A DNA stretch of 64,000 nt. Origin: a virus (taxonomy: Duplodnaviria; Caudoviricetes). The stretch lies in the IMG/VR virus record IMGVR_UViG_3300021431_000084, one strand, 5' to 3'. Position numbers and translations under genes: made by a program. Shown here in pieces: positions 1 through 9,406 of the stretch. Within the stretch, counting starts at the first letter, position 1; every line of letters begins with the position of its first letter. The notes under the pieces were generated by a model that made no database searches, was not told where the DNA came from, and saw nothing but the letters and a program-made list of their open reading frames with translations.

Positions 1-421
1 TATAGGTGTAACTATTTCTATCGGCTCCTTGTGCTGAAAGGTTTGAAAGTGTTCCAAGTTTTGGGTTGAGAACTGCGGCGTTGGTGTTGTAACCCGCATG
101 GGCCACTAAACGATTTTCGTTTTCACAAGGCGGATAAATATTATCAGCATTTTCCGTAATAGGATTTTCAAAACACATTACTCCACCAAATAATTGTCTA
201 ATAGGAAGAAGCAAATTATTACCAAAACAGATATTACCAAAATAATTGGTTCTAAACATATTTGGAACCGCATTGGTAATCATATTGTCTTTTTCAATAA
301 TATCATTTATTTTACCCGACTTGGCATCGGTTAAAATAATTTTTGTATGTCCCTTAATTTCTGGCAAAGAGGGACCTGCATGTCCCAAAGTAGGGACAGG
401 TATATCATTACTTATTTTCAT
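1..421 (-). CDS. partial tail-associated protein (runs off window)
   Basis: ATG at 421 with GGAGG RBS; reads MKISNDIPVP...KGHTKIILTD..SGK..IIEKDNMITNAV; N-terminus resembles ORF 16358-16654. Confidence 0.6.
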   Translation of the reverse strand, partial: MKISNDIPVPTLGHAGPSLPEIKGHTKIILTDAKSGKINDIIEKDNMITNAVPNMFRTNYFGNICFGNNLLLPIRQLFGGVMCFENPITENADNIYPPCENENRLVAHAGYNTNAAVLNPKLGTLSNLSAQGADRNSYTY

Positions 422-1123
422 TTAATTCCCTCCTTGTTGTGTTAATACTATATCTATTGAACTATTATTTTCTATAAATACACTACAACCCGTGTCTTCG
501 GTTGTTGTGTAGCTAGAATCTAACAGATTAGTCAATTCCATTTCAAAATGAATACCAAGTTCGTCTATTGAATATTTATGATTTACATTGGTTGTATCAT
601 AAACTAAAGCAGAAGGGTTTAATTTCATTCCTTCATATATAGAAACTGATAAATCAATATTATCTAAAGAATCCACATCTTTTAATTGTTTATTTATTGG
701 TAAAAAGAAATGTAAAGTATAAACTCCTGTATTTTTATATTTCAAAATTCCACTATAAATTTGTTTTGATAATTCAATAGTTTCTCCATCTTGAACAAAA
801 ACATCTTCAAGAGCAGTTTTTATATTACCAATATCTGTTGTATTTGTTTCAATAGCGGGTGTAATTGCATTATTCAAATAGGTTGCAATAGTGGTAAAAG
901 TACCACCAATTCTTCCTTCCAAACCATTTAAATTAGTACAACTAATAGGTGTACCAGGACGACTTACCGTTCCATCTGAACGCTGAACATCAACTACTAA
1001 GGTCTGAACATTTAAGCCAGAACCTTCAAAATTTTGAATTGTAAGTTGTCTTCTGATAGGATTTTCCGCTATTCTTGTTTGCCATTGAAAGGGTTGCCAA
1101 CCCGGATCAAATGTACCGGCCAT
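422..1123 (-). CDS. putative tail/baseplate-associated protein
   Basis: 233 aa ORF, GGAGG RBS, in operon with structural-like genes. Confidence 0.55.
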   Translation of the reverse strand: MAGTFDPGWQPFQWQTRIAENPIRRQLTIQNFEGSGLNVQTLVVDVQRSDGTVSRPGTPISCTNLNGLEGRIGGTFTTIATYLNNAITPAIETNTTDIGNIKTALEDVFVQDGETIELSKQIYSGILKYKNTGVYTLHFFLPINKQLKDVDSLDNIDLSVSIYEGMKLNPSALVYDTTNVNHKYSIDELGIHFEMELTNLLDSSYTTTEDTGCSVFIENNSSIDIVLTQQGGN

Positions 1124-1145
1124 TTTTCGCCTTTACCTCCTTATA

Positions 1146-2030
1146 TTAAAATAATCCACAGGTTATGCAAGTTGCACCATCTGTAATCTCGTTTTCATTG
1201 TCATATAGGTCATCTCCTGCATCATAGGCACCCTCTGCCGCATTATTACCATTACATCCCCTTAAAACATAGTCCAGAGTCCAAACAGAAGGAGTGACAA
1301 GACCTGAATCCTGAATTCCTTGAAAAGTTTGTGTTTCTGAAAAATAAGGAATATTTTCATAGTAATGCCCTTTAATCGAAAGTATGTCAGCATTAACACT
1401 TGGTTGAGAAATTGCAAATGGCTTAATTGTTTGTTGGTCACTAAATCTACCAACTTCTAATTCCATTCCAATTGTACCATCCCAACGCTGTTCTTCAGAG
1501 AAACCAATTACTGTAAGAACTGTAACCGATGAGTTTCTTTCAACTACACCAGTTCCGCCTTCTAATCGAATATAAACTTCCCATCTATATTGTGTTTCAG
1601 CGACAAGAGAAGGAATATGATAACCAAGGTTTAAAGTATGATAACCATCACTTTTCCATGTTTCTATTGGTGTTCTACTCATTTCTGTACCATTCAAGCG
1701 ATAAGAAATATAAGCAACAATTTGAGTAGAACCTTCATTGAATGTCGTGTTTATTGTTGTTTCTGTCCAGTTATCTACATCAGTATCTCTATTAAGAGAA
1801 AAACTTAATTTATTAATCATCATATTTGATGTAGAAACTGGAATATCATAAGCATTAGCCTGATAGAAGAATCCTAATTGAGTATTAACACCCAAAGCCT
1901 CTCCTAACTGACCTAAACTCATTTTGTTAGAAAGTATACCCCCAAAACGAGGTTGAGAGATTTCTAACATATCACTTGTATTTAAGTCTTCAGCAGAACT
2001 TAATTCTGATATTTTAACTAAATCTGACAT
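1146..2030 (-). CDS. putative tail protein, paralog of 2035-2604
   Basis: shares KISEL.SA.DL...DM.EISQ N-terminus and GYHT.NLG...R.EGGT motif with 2035-2604. Confidence 0.55.
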   Translation of the reverse strand: MSDLVKISELSSAEDLNTSDMLEISQPRFGGILSNKMSLGQLGEALGVNTQLGFFYQANAYDIPVSTSNMMINKLSFSLNRDTDVDNWTETTINTTFNEGSTQIVAYISYRLNGTEMSRTPIETWKSDGYHTLNLGYHIPSLVAETQYRWEVYIRLEGGTGVVERNSSVTVLTVIGFSEEQRWDGTIGMELEVGRFSDQQTIKPFAISQPSVNADILSIKGHYYENIPYFSETQTFQGIQDSGLVTPSVWTLDYVLRGCNGNNAAEGAYDAGDDLYDNENEITDGATCITCGLF

Positions 2031-2034
2031 TTTA

Positions 2035-2604
2035 TCAACCTCCTACTGTTTGGCATACACAAATGCATTTATATGGATCTACTATACAGGTTCCGCCTTC
2101 CGCCCTCATATACACACCAAAAGTATATTCTTCTTCTGGTCTAAGCATTGCGGATATTGCACCTAAATTAACCGTATGATAGCCGCCAACATCAAAAGTA
2201 ACAACTGGTCGTCTACCAATAATTGCACCATTTAGTACATAAGCTACTTGTAAAGTTATTTTATCTGAACCTTCAGGCATATATGTTCTAAATTGAACTT
2301 CGCACCACGCATCCCAGTTTGTCCAATTTTCTAATTCATCATTTTTAGATTGAGGAGAAAAAGTTACATTTACAACTGGTCGTAAGATATCATCTGGATA
2401 AAAACCAATTTCAAGTTCATTAGTTCCAGTATAGTAACCTAATGAAGTCATTTTCTTATACTTGTTTTCAAGTTGCTCTAAAGTTACTTTCTTTGTAATA
2501 AAATCATACTCTGGATTTTCTGTATTTACTTGAGAGATTTCAAACATATCTTGATAAGCTAAATCATTAGCTGAATTTAAATCAGATATTTTAAGTTTAT
2601 CCAT
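2035..2604 (-). CDS. putative tail protein, paralog of 1146-2030
   Basis: KISDLNSANDL N-terminus typical of tail-fibre attachment segments; GGAGG RBS. Confidence 0.55.
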   Translation of the reverse strand: MDKLKISDLNSANDLAYQDMFEISQVNTENPEYDFITKKVTLEQLENKYKKMTSLGYYTGTNELEIGFYPDDILRPVVNVTFSPQSKNDELENWTNWDAWCEVQFRTYMPEGSDKITLQVAYVLNGAIIGRRPVVTFDVGGYHTVNLGAISAMLRPEEEYTFGVYMRAEGGTCIVDPYKCICVCQTVGG

Positions 2605-2686
2605 AACTTTCCTCCTTTATCTCAATATTTCTCTATAAAATATGAAAAAAAAGAGGGGTAGATTATAAAAATCTACCCCTATATAA

Positions 2687-2872
2687 TTAGGCTTTTTCTT
2701 CCCAAACTTTCTCAGAAGAAAGTATATAAGTTTTTGAATTTTCAATACAAAATATTTCACTACCCGGTACGATGCCTTCAGTTGGAGCTGTTTCAATATC
2801 AGAGGCATTGTCCGCGCAGAATTTTTTAATACCATGAGCAATATGATTTCCATTCTGTGTGATTGAATACAT
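2687..2872 (-). CDS. small protein homologous to N-terminal domain of 973-aa tail fibre
   Basis: GIKKFCAD..SDI....PGS.I..IE..KTY.L.S...W.E aligns with residues ~1-60 of ORF 17162-20083. Confidence 0.7.
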   Translation of the reverse strand: MYSITQNGNHIAHGIKKFCADNASDIETAPTEGIVPGSEIFCIENSKTYILSSEKVWEEKA

Positions 2873-2971
2873 TTATCATTCCTCCTTTTTGTAAATTTTA
2901 CTTTCATAGAATTTGAAATTTTATAAATATAAGTTTATACTTTCTGTCCAAATAAAAAAAGGACGGAAGGA

Positions 2972-3544
2972 TTAAACCATTCCGCCCATTATCTTATTAT
3001 ATTCTTCTGTAACTTCTCTTTCTATTTGCTCTATTGGAACCGGCTTTAAATCATGTGCATCAACCTCACAATGATATATTAAACTTTTATTAAAATCAAG
3101 AAATCTATCTTGTGTATGGCGATGACCACACAAGTTAATAATTCGTCTTTCTAATGGCTTCTCATAATCATAATTTTCTGTTATTGTTGGATAATGAGTT
3201 AACCAAAAGGAAAAACCATTATGTTTAAGAGCAATTACTGGTTTAATTTCTACAATTTGTTTTAATTTAAGATATTCTTGTATCTTCTTTTCTGAGTCAT
3301 GATTGCCTATAACTACATGGATACGACCATTTAATCTTCGTATTTTATTCAAACCATCTTGTATATCGCGTCCAAATACCAAGTCACCAAGAACATATAC
3401 ATCATCATCCCATCCAACTACCTTATTATGATTTTCTATAACTGCTTTATTCATTTCTTCCACATTGGCACAACCACGAGGGCCCCATATAAAGTTGCGG
3501 TCGTGATTAAAATGCCAATCACTTGTTACATAAATAGCACTCAC
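2972..3544 (-). CDS. calcineurin-like metallophosphoesterase
   Basis: SDWHF, GD, GNHD, THYP, GHRH motifs. Confidence 0.9.
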   Translation of the reverse strand: MSAIYVTSDWHFNHDRNFIWGPRGCANVEEMNKAVIENHNKVVGWDDDVYVLGDLVFGRDIQDGLNKIRRLNGRIHVVIGNHDSEKKIQEYLKLKQIVEIKPVIALKHNGFSFWLTHYPTITENYDYEKPLERRIINLCGHRHTQDRFLDFNKSLIYHCEVDAHDLKPVPIEQIEREVTEEYNKIMGGMV

Positions 3545-3559
3545 TTATTCTTCACCTCT

Positions 3560-3940
3560 TTACCAATACCTTGTTCCACAAAATTCACAATAATTGTCTT
3601 TTCCTATTCTGCCTCCGCAACAAGAACATATCGCGGGAGTGAGTCGAGCCTGCGGCTTACTCTTACCCTCAAGGAAGTACATAGCATCATTGTTCTTTTC
3701 TTCATATGAAAGTGCATCATAATCATCTTGTGTCTTTTCTGTTATATGAAACATTGTATTATCAAAACCAAAAGCCTTAGCAAAAGAAGAACTAAATTGT
3801 TCTGCTGTTACTGTAAAAGTAGTCGAAAAACCATCTACCGCTTTTACGAAATCATCTAAGACTCCCTCTAATTCAAAACTCGTGCGGCGCGGCGTTCCCG
3901 GGATCTTCATGACCAAGGACCGCACTCTCCCTTTAGACAT
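3560..3940 (-). CDS. hypothetical protein with C-terminal Zn ribbon
   Basis: CSCCGG...CEFCG; start trimmed to MSKGR. Confidence 0.6.
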   Translation of the reverse strand: MSKGRVRSLVMKIPGTPRRTSFELEGVLDDFVKAVDGFSTTFTVTAEQFSSSFAKAFGFDNTMFHITEKTQDDYDALSYEEKNNDAMYFLEGKSKPQARLTPAICSCCGGRIGKDNYCEFCGTRYW

Positions 3941-4384
3941 TATCTTTGTCTCCTCTCGCGAATCGTTCTTCTGTATACTCGACACTACAAATATAGCAAA
4001 GCCACGATTTACAAGGCTTATCAGTATAAGGGCATATACCCTTAAAATACTCTTGACTTCCTATATTATTCATTATCTCTCTCCTTTTGTACATTGGCAA
4101 AATATACACATCCATTAACATCACCTATTTTATCTCGGTATGGATGTGTACATCCGTGAAATGACATAAAAACGCACGGTACACATTTGTCATAATTTGC
4201 ATAAGCACCATAATTTTTATTGCTCATTCTTCACCTCTCAGCCAGCCAATACTAATTGACCATTTAATAAGATTAATAAACAGGTATGTTTCATCAAAGG
4301 AATGTGTTATACAAGAACCAATACTCCACATCTTTTCCCATTGTTTATCAATTTTAATTCTGAATTTACATTTACTTTCGGGCA

Positions 4385-4663
4385 TTATATATCTCCTCCC
4401 ATATCCGCACTACAATTGGGACAAGTTTTATAATTGTCCATACATACTCCTGTTTCGGCATCCCAACTAAACTCTGTTTGACAATTAGAACATACTACCA
4501 TATCAAATGATCTATCTTTTGCAATTACTCGTCTATGAATCCAATACCCTGTTGGTCTTCCGGATATTCTTATACCTTGATTAACTCCATCTTTAAAACC
4601 TTCGTTATAGGCTTTATATTCTGCCCTGATTAATTCGCTTTTACTAATTAAATCATCACTCAT
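4385..4663 (-). CDS. phage Zn-ribbon protein
   Basis: G.W...CS.C...CPNC.ADM motif shared with 5090 and 5760 ORFs. Confidence 0.7.
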   Translation of the reverse strand: MSDDLISKSELIRAEYKAYNEGFKDGVNQGIRISGRPTGYWIHRRVIAKDRSFDMVVCSNCQTEFSWDAETGVCMDNYKTCPNCSADMGGDI

Positions 4664-4934
4664 TTTCTGCCACTTTCGTTGCTATATAGATTAACCCCTT
4701 AGTATAATCCATATCTTTTATTTCTTCCTTATACTCCTCGTATTCTTCTGGTATATTATCATAACCAAAGCCGCACTCAACCGCCCAACTAAGTAAAAGT
4801 CTTAATCCTTCATTCTCTTTAAGTGCTTCAACAGCAAGATTATAGGCCTCTTGCTGTTTTAAATATTCGTTATATGAACGTGTACTTGTTGCGAATGGTC
4901 GAATTAAATATTTATTAGCTTCTTTACTTGTCAT
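4656..4934 (-). CDS. hypothetical phage protein
   Basis: 92 aa ORF coupled to neighbours. Confidence 0.6.
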   Translation of the reverse strand: MTSKEANKYLIRPFATSTRSYNEYLKQQEAYNLAVEALKENEGLRLLLSWAVECGFGYDNIPEEYEEYKEEIKDMDYTKGLIYIATKVAENE

Positions 4935-5133
4935 TATTTATTTCCTCTCGATTTATATGTTTTACAATCAATGGACAGTTTAATGAAGTAAATTCTAATT
5001 TACAACTAAATTTTTCATCTATATATTGTTGATTTTCAAAATATGATTTAACACATAAAGGACATTTTAAGCAGTTACCTGTTTCATAATCATCTGGAAC
5101 ATTGAGAATCGCTATTAAGGTTGCTTGTTTCAT
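4924..5133 (-). CDS. hypothetical Cys-rich protein
   Basis: CxxCPLC...C...CPL. Confidence 0.55.
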   Translation of the reverse strand: MKQATLIAILNVPDDYETGNCLKCPLCVKSYFENQQYIDEKFSCKLEFTSLNCPLIVKHINREEINNDK

Positions 5134-5509
5134 TCTTCTTCTCCTCTCTCATGTCAGCCCCGCAATTAGGACAGAAATCAGACAATAATTCGACCTCATT
5201 AACAAGAACTTGTGCTGAATCGTGGCAACAGGAACATTCGTGTCTATTAGGAGAGGCAATATAATTTCCTGCTTCTTCCCACGTTATCCACTCACCGTGA
5301 AGTCTTTCTTCCATTGGCCCCTTTTGGTGTCTTATATCATCAAACCATAAAACAGTTACACATTCATTCATTGGAATAATTTTCTGAATATGAAACATAG
5401 CTTGTTCCATATTCTTAAATGCACCGTCTTTTGTTGCTAATGCAACTTCTTGGTCAAGATTTATATCAGGATTATTAAGTAATTCAATTATCAATTCTCT
5501 TCCTGTCAT
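5090..5509 (-). CDS. phage Zn-ribbon protein
   Basis: HGEW...CSCC...FCPNCGADMR. Confidence 0.7.
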   Translation of the reverse strand: MTGRELIIELLNNPDINLDQEVALATKDGAFKNMEQAMFHIQKIIPMNECVTVLWFDDIRHQKGPMEERLHGEWITWEEAGNYIASPNRHECSCCHDSAQVLVNEVELLSDFCPNCGADMREEKKNETSNLNSDSQCSR

Positions 5510-5512
5510 TCC

Positions 5513-5725
5513 TTATTTTCCTTGCTGGTCTTGTATTAAGTTATTAAGTTCAATTAAAAGTTTAGCCTGTTCTTCTGTATATGCTTCTTTTCCTGACTCG
5601 TCCCAGTCTTCAATCAGACCATTTTCATCTAACAAGCCAAATTCACAACAACCAATAGCTTGTGGGTTGCTTTTGCGTGGTTTACATTCGTTGATATATT
5701 TACAATCTTCACAACAAAATGTCAT
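5513..5725 (-). CDS. hypothetical Cys-rich protein
   Basis: 70 aa ORF, GAGGTG RBS. Confidence 0.55.
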   Translation of the reverse strand: MTFCCEDCKYINECKPRKSNPQAIGCCEFGLLDENGLIEDWDESGKEAYTEEQAKLLIELNNLIQDQQGK

Positions 5726-5759
5726 TCTTTATCACCTCTCCAAATCTGCCCATTCCTCA

Positions 5760-6170
5760 TCACCTTATCAATAGATAAATAATAAGAATAAATTCTATTA
5801 TATTGACAACTATACTACATATTCTTAAAATTTTATCCCCATAATAATAAACTTTATTTTGAATTTCAAGTTTATATATAGTTTTTCTCTTATTCATCCG
5901 CTTATCTCTTTGTCTCATATCTGCTCCACAAGTCGGACAAAAGTCTAATATTTTATTGGGGTCTAAATATTGTCCACAATTAGAACATATCAAGTATTTA
6001 GTACCTTTACATTTCATCCAATGTCCCGTTGGTTTTGCGTGTCTTTCTTCATAAAGTTTACCATTACGAATTGCTCGGTCAATTGCTTCTCTGTCTTCCG
6101 AACTTGTTTCAACTCCATTATCAAATAATCGAGTAAATGCATTTTCATCAAGATCAATTACAATTTTCAT
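5760..6170 (-). CDS. phage Zn-ribbon protein
   Basis: GHW...CSNCG...FCPTCGADMR. Confidence 0.7.
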   Translation of the reverse strand: MKIVIDLDENAFTRLFDNGVETSSEDREAIDRAIRNGKLYEERHAKPTGHWMKCKGTKYLICSNCGQYLDPNKILDFCPTCGADMRQRDKRMNKRKTIYKLEIQNKVYYYGDKILRICSIVVNIIEFILIIYLLIR

Positions 6171-6517
6171 TTCTGTATTCCCTTCTTCTTAACAAAGTAT
6201 TTACAGTTTTGAATAGGAACACATTCTCCTGCATATTGACAGTAATCGTCTATCGCATCCTCGTATAAATCGCAATTATAGCAATTTTTGCTACCATTAC
6301 ACCCAGCACAGTGCCAGTATACATAGTCATTACAATGGTGTTTACGTTCACAAGTTTCTTCTCGATATGGTTCGTATCCAATATCTAAAGGCTTAATGGG
6401 TTTAACATCTTTACCTTCGGATAAACAGGTGAAAGCAGACAAAATATCATTACCACTATAAATGCTATGCCCGGCAACTAATCTATAAACATCATCTATA
6501 TCAATTGCTTTTTTCAT
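6167..6517 (-). CDS. hypothetical Cys-rich protein
   Basis: 116 aa ORF, GGAG RBS. Confidence 0.55.
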   Translation of the reverse strand: MKKAIDIDDVYRLVAGHSIYSGNDILSAFTCLSEGKDVKPIKPLDIGYEPYREETCERKHHCNDYVYWHCAGCNGSKNCYNCDLYEDAIDDYCQYAGECVPIQNCKYFVKKKGIQK

Positions 6518-6592
6518 TCTTTTCTCCTTCTATTGGTTCTCCGTATTACATACTCACTTGTTATTCTTATTCTATTCTATCTTCATATATAT

Positions 6593-6621
6593 ATTATAAC
6601 ATATTTTTATTTGTTTGTCAA
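6593..6621 (-). promoter_or_regulatory. sigmaA-type promoter (representative of >20 copies)
   Basis: TTGACA-17bp-TATAAT with extended TG and conserved ATATAT downstream. Confidence 0.8.
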
Positions 6622-6798
6622 GAGAAATTTTTACAAAAATTTATAAAATCATTCTTATTTGGACAATTTACTCTCAAAATTTTGAAGAGTGTTTTTTGTC
6701 TGTGAGACGATTTGTGCGCTTGGGCGCGGCGCGAGCAACCCATGAAAACTTTTTTATTAAATAAAAAAAGGGGAGATTTCAATTAAGAAATCTCCCTT

Positions 6799-6871
6799 TG
6801 GAGTGCCCCGTGGGAGTTGAACCCACCCCAACGATTTTGCAGACCGCTTGCCCTCCGCGAACATGAGGCAC
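6799..6871 (-). tRNA. tRNA-Cys(GCA), atypical architecture
   Basis: cloverleaf, U73, encoded CCA; 5-nt D-loop, 6-bp anticodon stem, 3-nt variable loop. Confidence 0.8.
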
Positions 6872-6984
6872 ATTTTGGGTAAGGATTTGCACCTTACATG
6901 AGGTCATCCATTCTTTATTTACACCGTCCTCAGACCTCTTAATGCACGGTCACGAACTGTGTCTACCTATTCCGCCACCAAAGT
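6872..6984 (-). ncRNA. tRNA-scaffold RNA copy 1 (TGCAAAT T-loop family)
   Basis: TTTGG-TG-GCGGAATAGGTAGACAC...GTAAGG-TGCAAAT-CCTTAC-CCAAA; no anticodon arm. Confidence 0.75.
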
Positions 6985-6987
6985 TTA

Positions 6988-7212
6988 TTATTCTAACTTA
7001 TCATCATAATCATCAACATAAAATCTATCATCATCATAATAAGTGCTTAACATATATCTTAAATCAAAGGCTAAATCTTGGATATGTAATTCCCGACTTT
7101 CATTTTCTATTTTAGTCAAACCACTCCAACATCTTTCTATAAGAGCATCACGATTATCAGCACCCAATTTATTGTTTAATTGATATTTAGTTCTCATAAT
7201 AATTACTCCCAA
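6988..7212 (-). CDS. hypothetical protein
   Basis: 74 aa ORF with acidic tail. Confidence 0.55.
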   Translation of the reverse strand: MGVIIMRTKYQLNNKLGADNRDALIERCWSGLTKIENESRELHIQDLAFDLRYMLSTYYDDDRFYVDDYDDKLE

Positions 7213-7712
7213 TCAATATCTTTCTTCAAAAGCTCCATAATAATTAGGTTACGATAATTACCTGTTCTATCTCTCATGTAACCTGTGAGCTGGATCTTGT
7301 TCTTCTCATAGGCGCCGGCCGCAAACTCCACTATCTTTTGGTATCCTAAGCCTGCTTTATTATCGCTTACATATCTAAATTCAATTCTACGAGGATTGAG
7401 ATATAAAATCTGTTTAATAATATCTACAATACCTAATGCCATTGTCATTTTATATTTACTATTTTGATTAAAACAAATTAAACCAAAATTACAAACTTGA
7501 TGTGAATAAAAGTCAACTCTATAACTAACATATCCAACAATCTCACCATCCTCTTGGTTTACAATAGCAAATTGATATTTTCCATCTTCTTCTTTCATGG
7601 TCCATTCATAGTTCTCAATACACCCATTATAGAAGATGATTTCATCAGTATATAAATAGTTTTTAAATAAGGCTTCAACTTCACTCTTGCGGCTTATGGC
7701 TGGAACTAACAT
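7203..7712 (-). CDS. putative GNAT-fold acetyltransferase-like protein
   Basis: FAIV....EIVGYVSY...NFGL..F pattern and C-terminal beta hairpin resemble RimL-type GNATs. Confidence 0.5.
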   Translation of the reverse strand: MLVPAISRKSEVEALFKNYLYTDEIIFYNGCIENYEWTMKEEDGKYQFAIVNQEDGEIVGYVSYRVDFYSHQVCNFGLICFNQNSKYKMTMALGIVDIIKQILYLNPRRIEFRYVSDNKAGLGYQKIVEFAAGAYEKNKIQLTGYMRDRTGNYRNLIIMELLKKDIDWE

Positions 7713-7893
7713 AAATATCTATTCTCTCCTCGACCTTCATTATCTTATCAACACAATAATCTATGTATTCATAAGGTACATCTTTTACAAAACCTCTAAA
7801 TACAAGTTCACCCGAATAATGAATTCCAATTTTATCTCCAAGTTTTGGAATTAAATTAAGTAAATCGCCAAGTTGAATTATTTTATACTCCAT
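7681..7893 (-). CDS. small phage paralog family (L..LL....F.G...DVPY)
   Basis: similar to 7903, 41234 and 46233 ORFs. Confidence 0.6.
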   Translation of the reverse strand: MEYKIIQLGDLLNLIPKLGDKIGIHYSGELVFRGFVKDVPYEYIDYCVDKIMKVEERIDIYVSSSHKPQE

Positions 7894-7902
7894 ATTTACT
7901 CC

Positions 7903-8166
7903 TTAAATTATACTAATTATTAGGCAAGGTATTGTTTGTCCTTCATATTCCATAGATTTAACCCAACACTTACTTACACTATATGGTTCTGAATATTTAA
8001 AAGGTACATCGCCTGCTTTTCCAATAAATTCTATATTATCTCTTGTTGTTTCAAAGGAATAATTAGTTGAGCAATGAGTTAACACAACCATTTCTTCCCA
8101 AGAAATTCGAGTTAATAATTCTTTTAAAGGCAAATAATCTTCTTCAATAGTTAAACAAGCCGCCAT
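7903..8166 (-). CDS. small phage paralog family
   Basis: LKELL...FIGKAGDVPF. Confidence 0.55.
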   Translation of the reverse strand: MAACLTIEEDYLPLKELLTRISWEEMVVLTHCSTNYSFETTRDNIEFIGKAGDVPFKYSEPYSVSKCWVKSMEYEGQTIPCLIISII

Positions 8167-8169
8167 AAT

Positions 8170-8421
8170 TTATTCTCCAAATACCTCGTTAAGTATATCA
8201 TATATTTCTTCTGGTGTATTGCAGACATCATATGCTCTCTGAATAGTGTACAGCTGTGTTAGCCAATCTGCTACTTGTCTGTCACGATCAGCATATCTTA
8301 GCTCTTGGGCTGCAGAACTATCAAAACTATCTCTTGCGAATCTATGAGCCTGCTCCACATGCTCCATAGCAGAATTTTGTAAATTTCCAATTTCCTTTTC
8401 TATTTCATTCATAATTTTCAC
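8170..8421 (-). CDS. hypothetical protein
   Basis: 83 aa helical ORF. Confidence 0.55.
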   Translation of the reverse strand: MKIMNEIEKEIGNLQNSAMEHVEQAHRFARDSFDSSAAQELRYADRDRQVADWLTQLYTIQRAYDVCNTPEEIYDILNEVFGE

Positions 8422-8424
8422 TCC

Positions 8425-8940
8425 TTATATAATTTCGGCTCTTTCCTTAAACTTTTCTTCAGCAAATTCTTCTGCTTTTATATCACCAGCTTTTATTATT
8501 AAACCTCTATCTTTTCCAGATTTAGTCCAATAGTAAAATGTACCCGCATAGGCATTTTCATTTATAATAACCGTGCACTCATACACTCCATCTGCTTCTG
8601 GTAAATGAGTAACATAGCACCCATCAAAACCATTTTCCTTTTCCAGTTCACCGTGAAGATAAACATAAGGAGTTGCTTTGAAGGTATAATCTTTAACTCC
8701 TATAACCTTTACATAATCTACTATGGTAACAAAATATACACTCCAAGAACCGAAGTCGCAATAAACTTCTCCCCTGTCTCCCAACCAGCTACGAGTGAAA
8801 TGAGGGTTAGAAAAACCCCATTTTTCCATTTCTTCTAAACGAGCCTTGTAATATTCTTCATAGGAGAAATATTCGCCTATTTTAGTACGACTTTTAATAC
8901 CTTCTGCTGGATATTCAAGATATAACATATATTTCTTCAT
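8425..8940 (-). CDS. hypothetical protein (RSW..Y.DFGSWS family)
   Basis: N-terminal domain similar to 20876-21091. Confidence 0.65.
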   Translation of the reverse strand: MKKYMLYLEYPAEGIKSRTKIGEYFSYEEYYKARLEEMEKWGFSNPHFTRSWLGDRGEVYCDFGSWSVYFVTIVDYVKVIGVKDYTFKATPYVYLHGELEKENGFDGCYVTHLPEADGVYECTVIINENAYAGTFYYWTKSGKDRGLIIKAGDIKAEEFAEEKFKERAEII

Positions 8941-9068
8941 AGGGCATATTTCTCCTTTATTTTATATATATATTATATCACAATTTTTTATTTTTGTCAA
9001 TAAAGAATTTTTTGACACAGTGGTGGCTCTTTTTGGTTTTACTACATAAAGAGCTTGAAAAAGTAGGG

Positions 9069-9395
9069 TTAATTACATACTTTTAGTACAATATTTATAT
9101 CTACATCTGGTTTTTGTTGAGGTGCAATAAATGTAAGCAATCCATCACAACTAAAGTTATATGTAATATAACCAAACTGCTCCATTATTTGTTTATCTTT
9201 TTCCTCATCTCCCGTAGAAACCAATCCGACTACCTGATAATCTACATTCTCCTCGGGGATATCCATTATGATACAGTACGACGATGGAACACAGTCCGCC
9301 CAATTATCCTTATTAAGCGTAAAGTAAATCTCATTTGTATCATTAGGAAATAATATAAGTTCTTTAGGTATATCAATTCTTTTAATATCTGACAT
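9069..9395 (-). CDS. putative tail fibre-associated protein
   Basis: LTF.A..KP.VDINI.L C-terminus; last gene of tail operon. Confidence 0.5.
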   Translation of the reverse strand: MSDIKRIDIPKELILFPNDTNEIYFTLNKDNWADCVPSSYCIIMDIPEENVDYQVVGLVSTGDEEKDKQIMEQFGYITYNFSCDGLLTFIAPQQKPDVDINIVLKVCN

Positions 9396-9406
9396 ATTAA
9401 CTCTCC

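Noticed and set aside
6905-6935. 10-nt match of scaffold RNA 1 insert to the DUF2828 gene (~27475)
   Set aside because: Too short to exceed chance, and it is in the same sense
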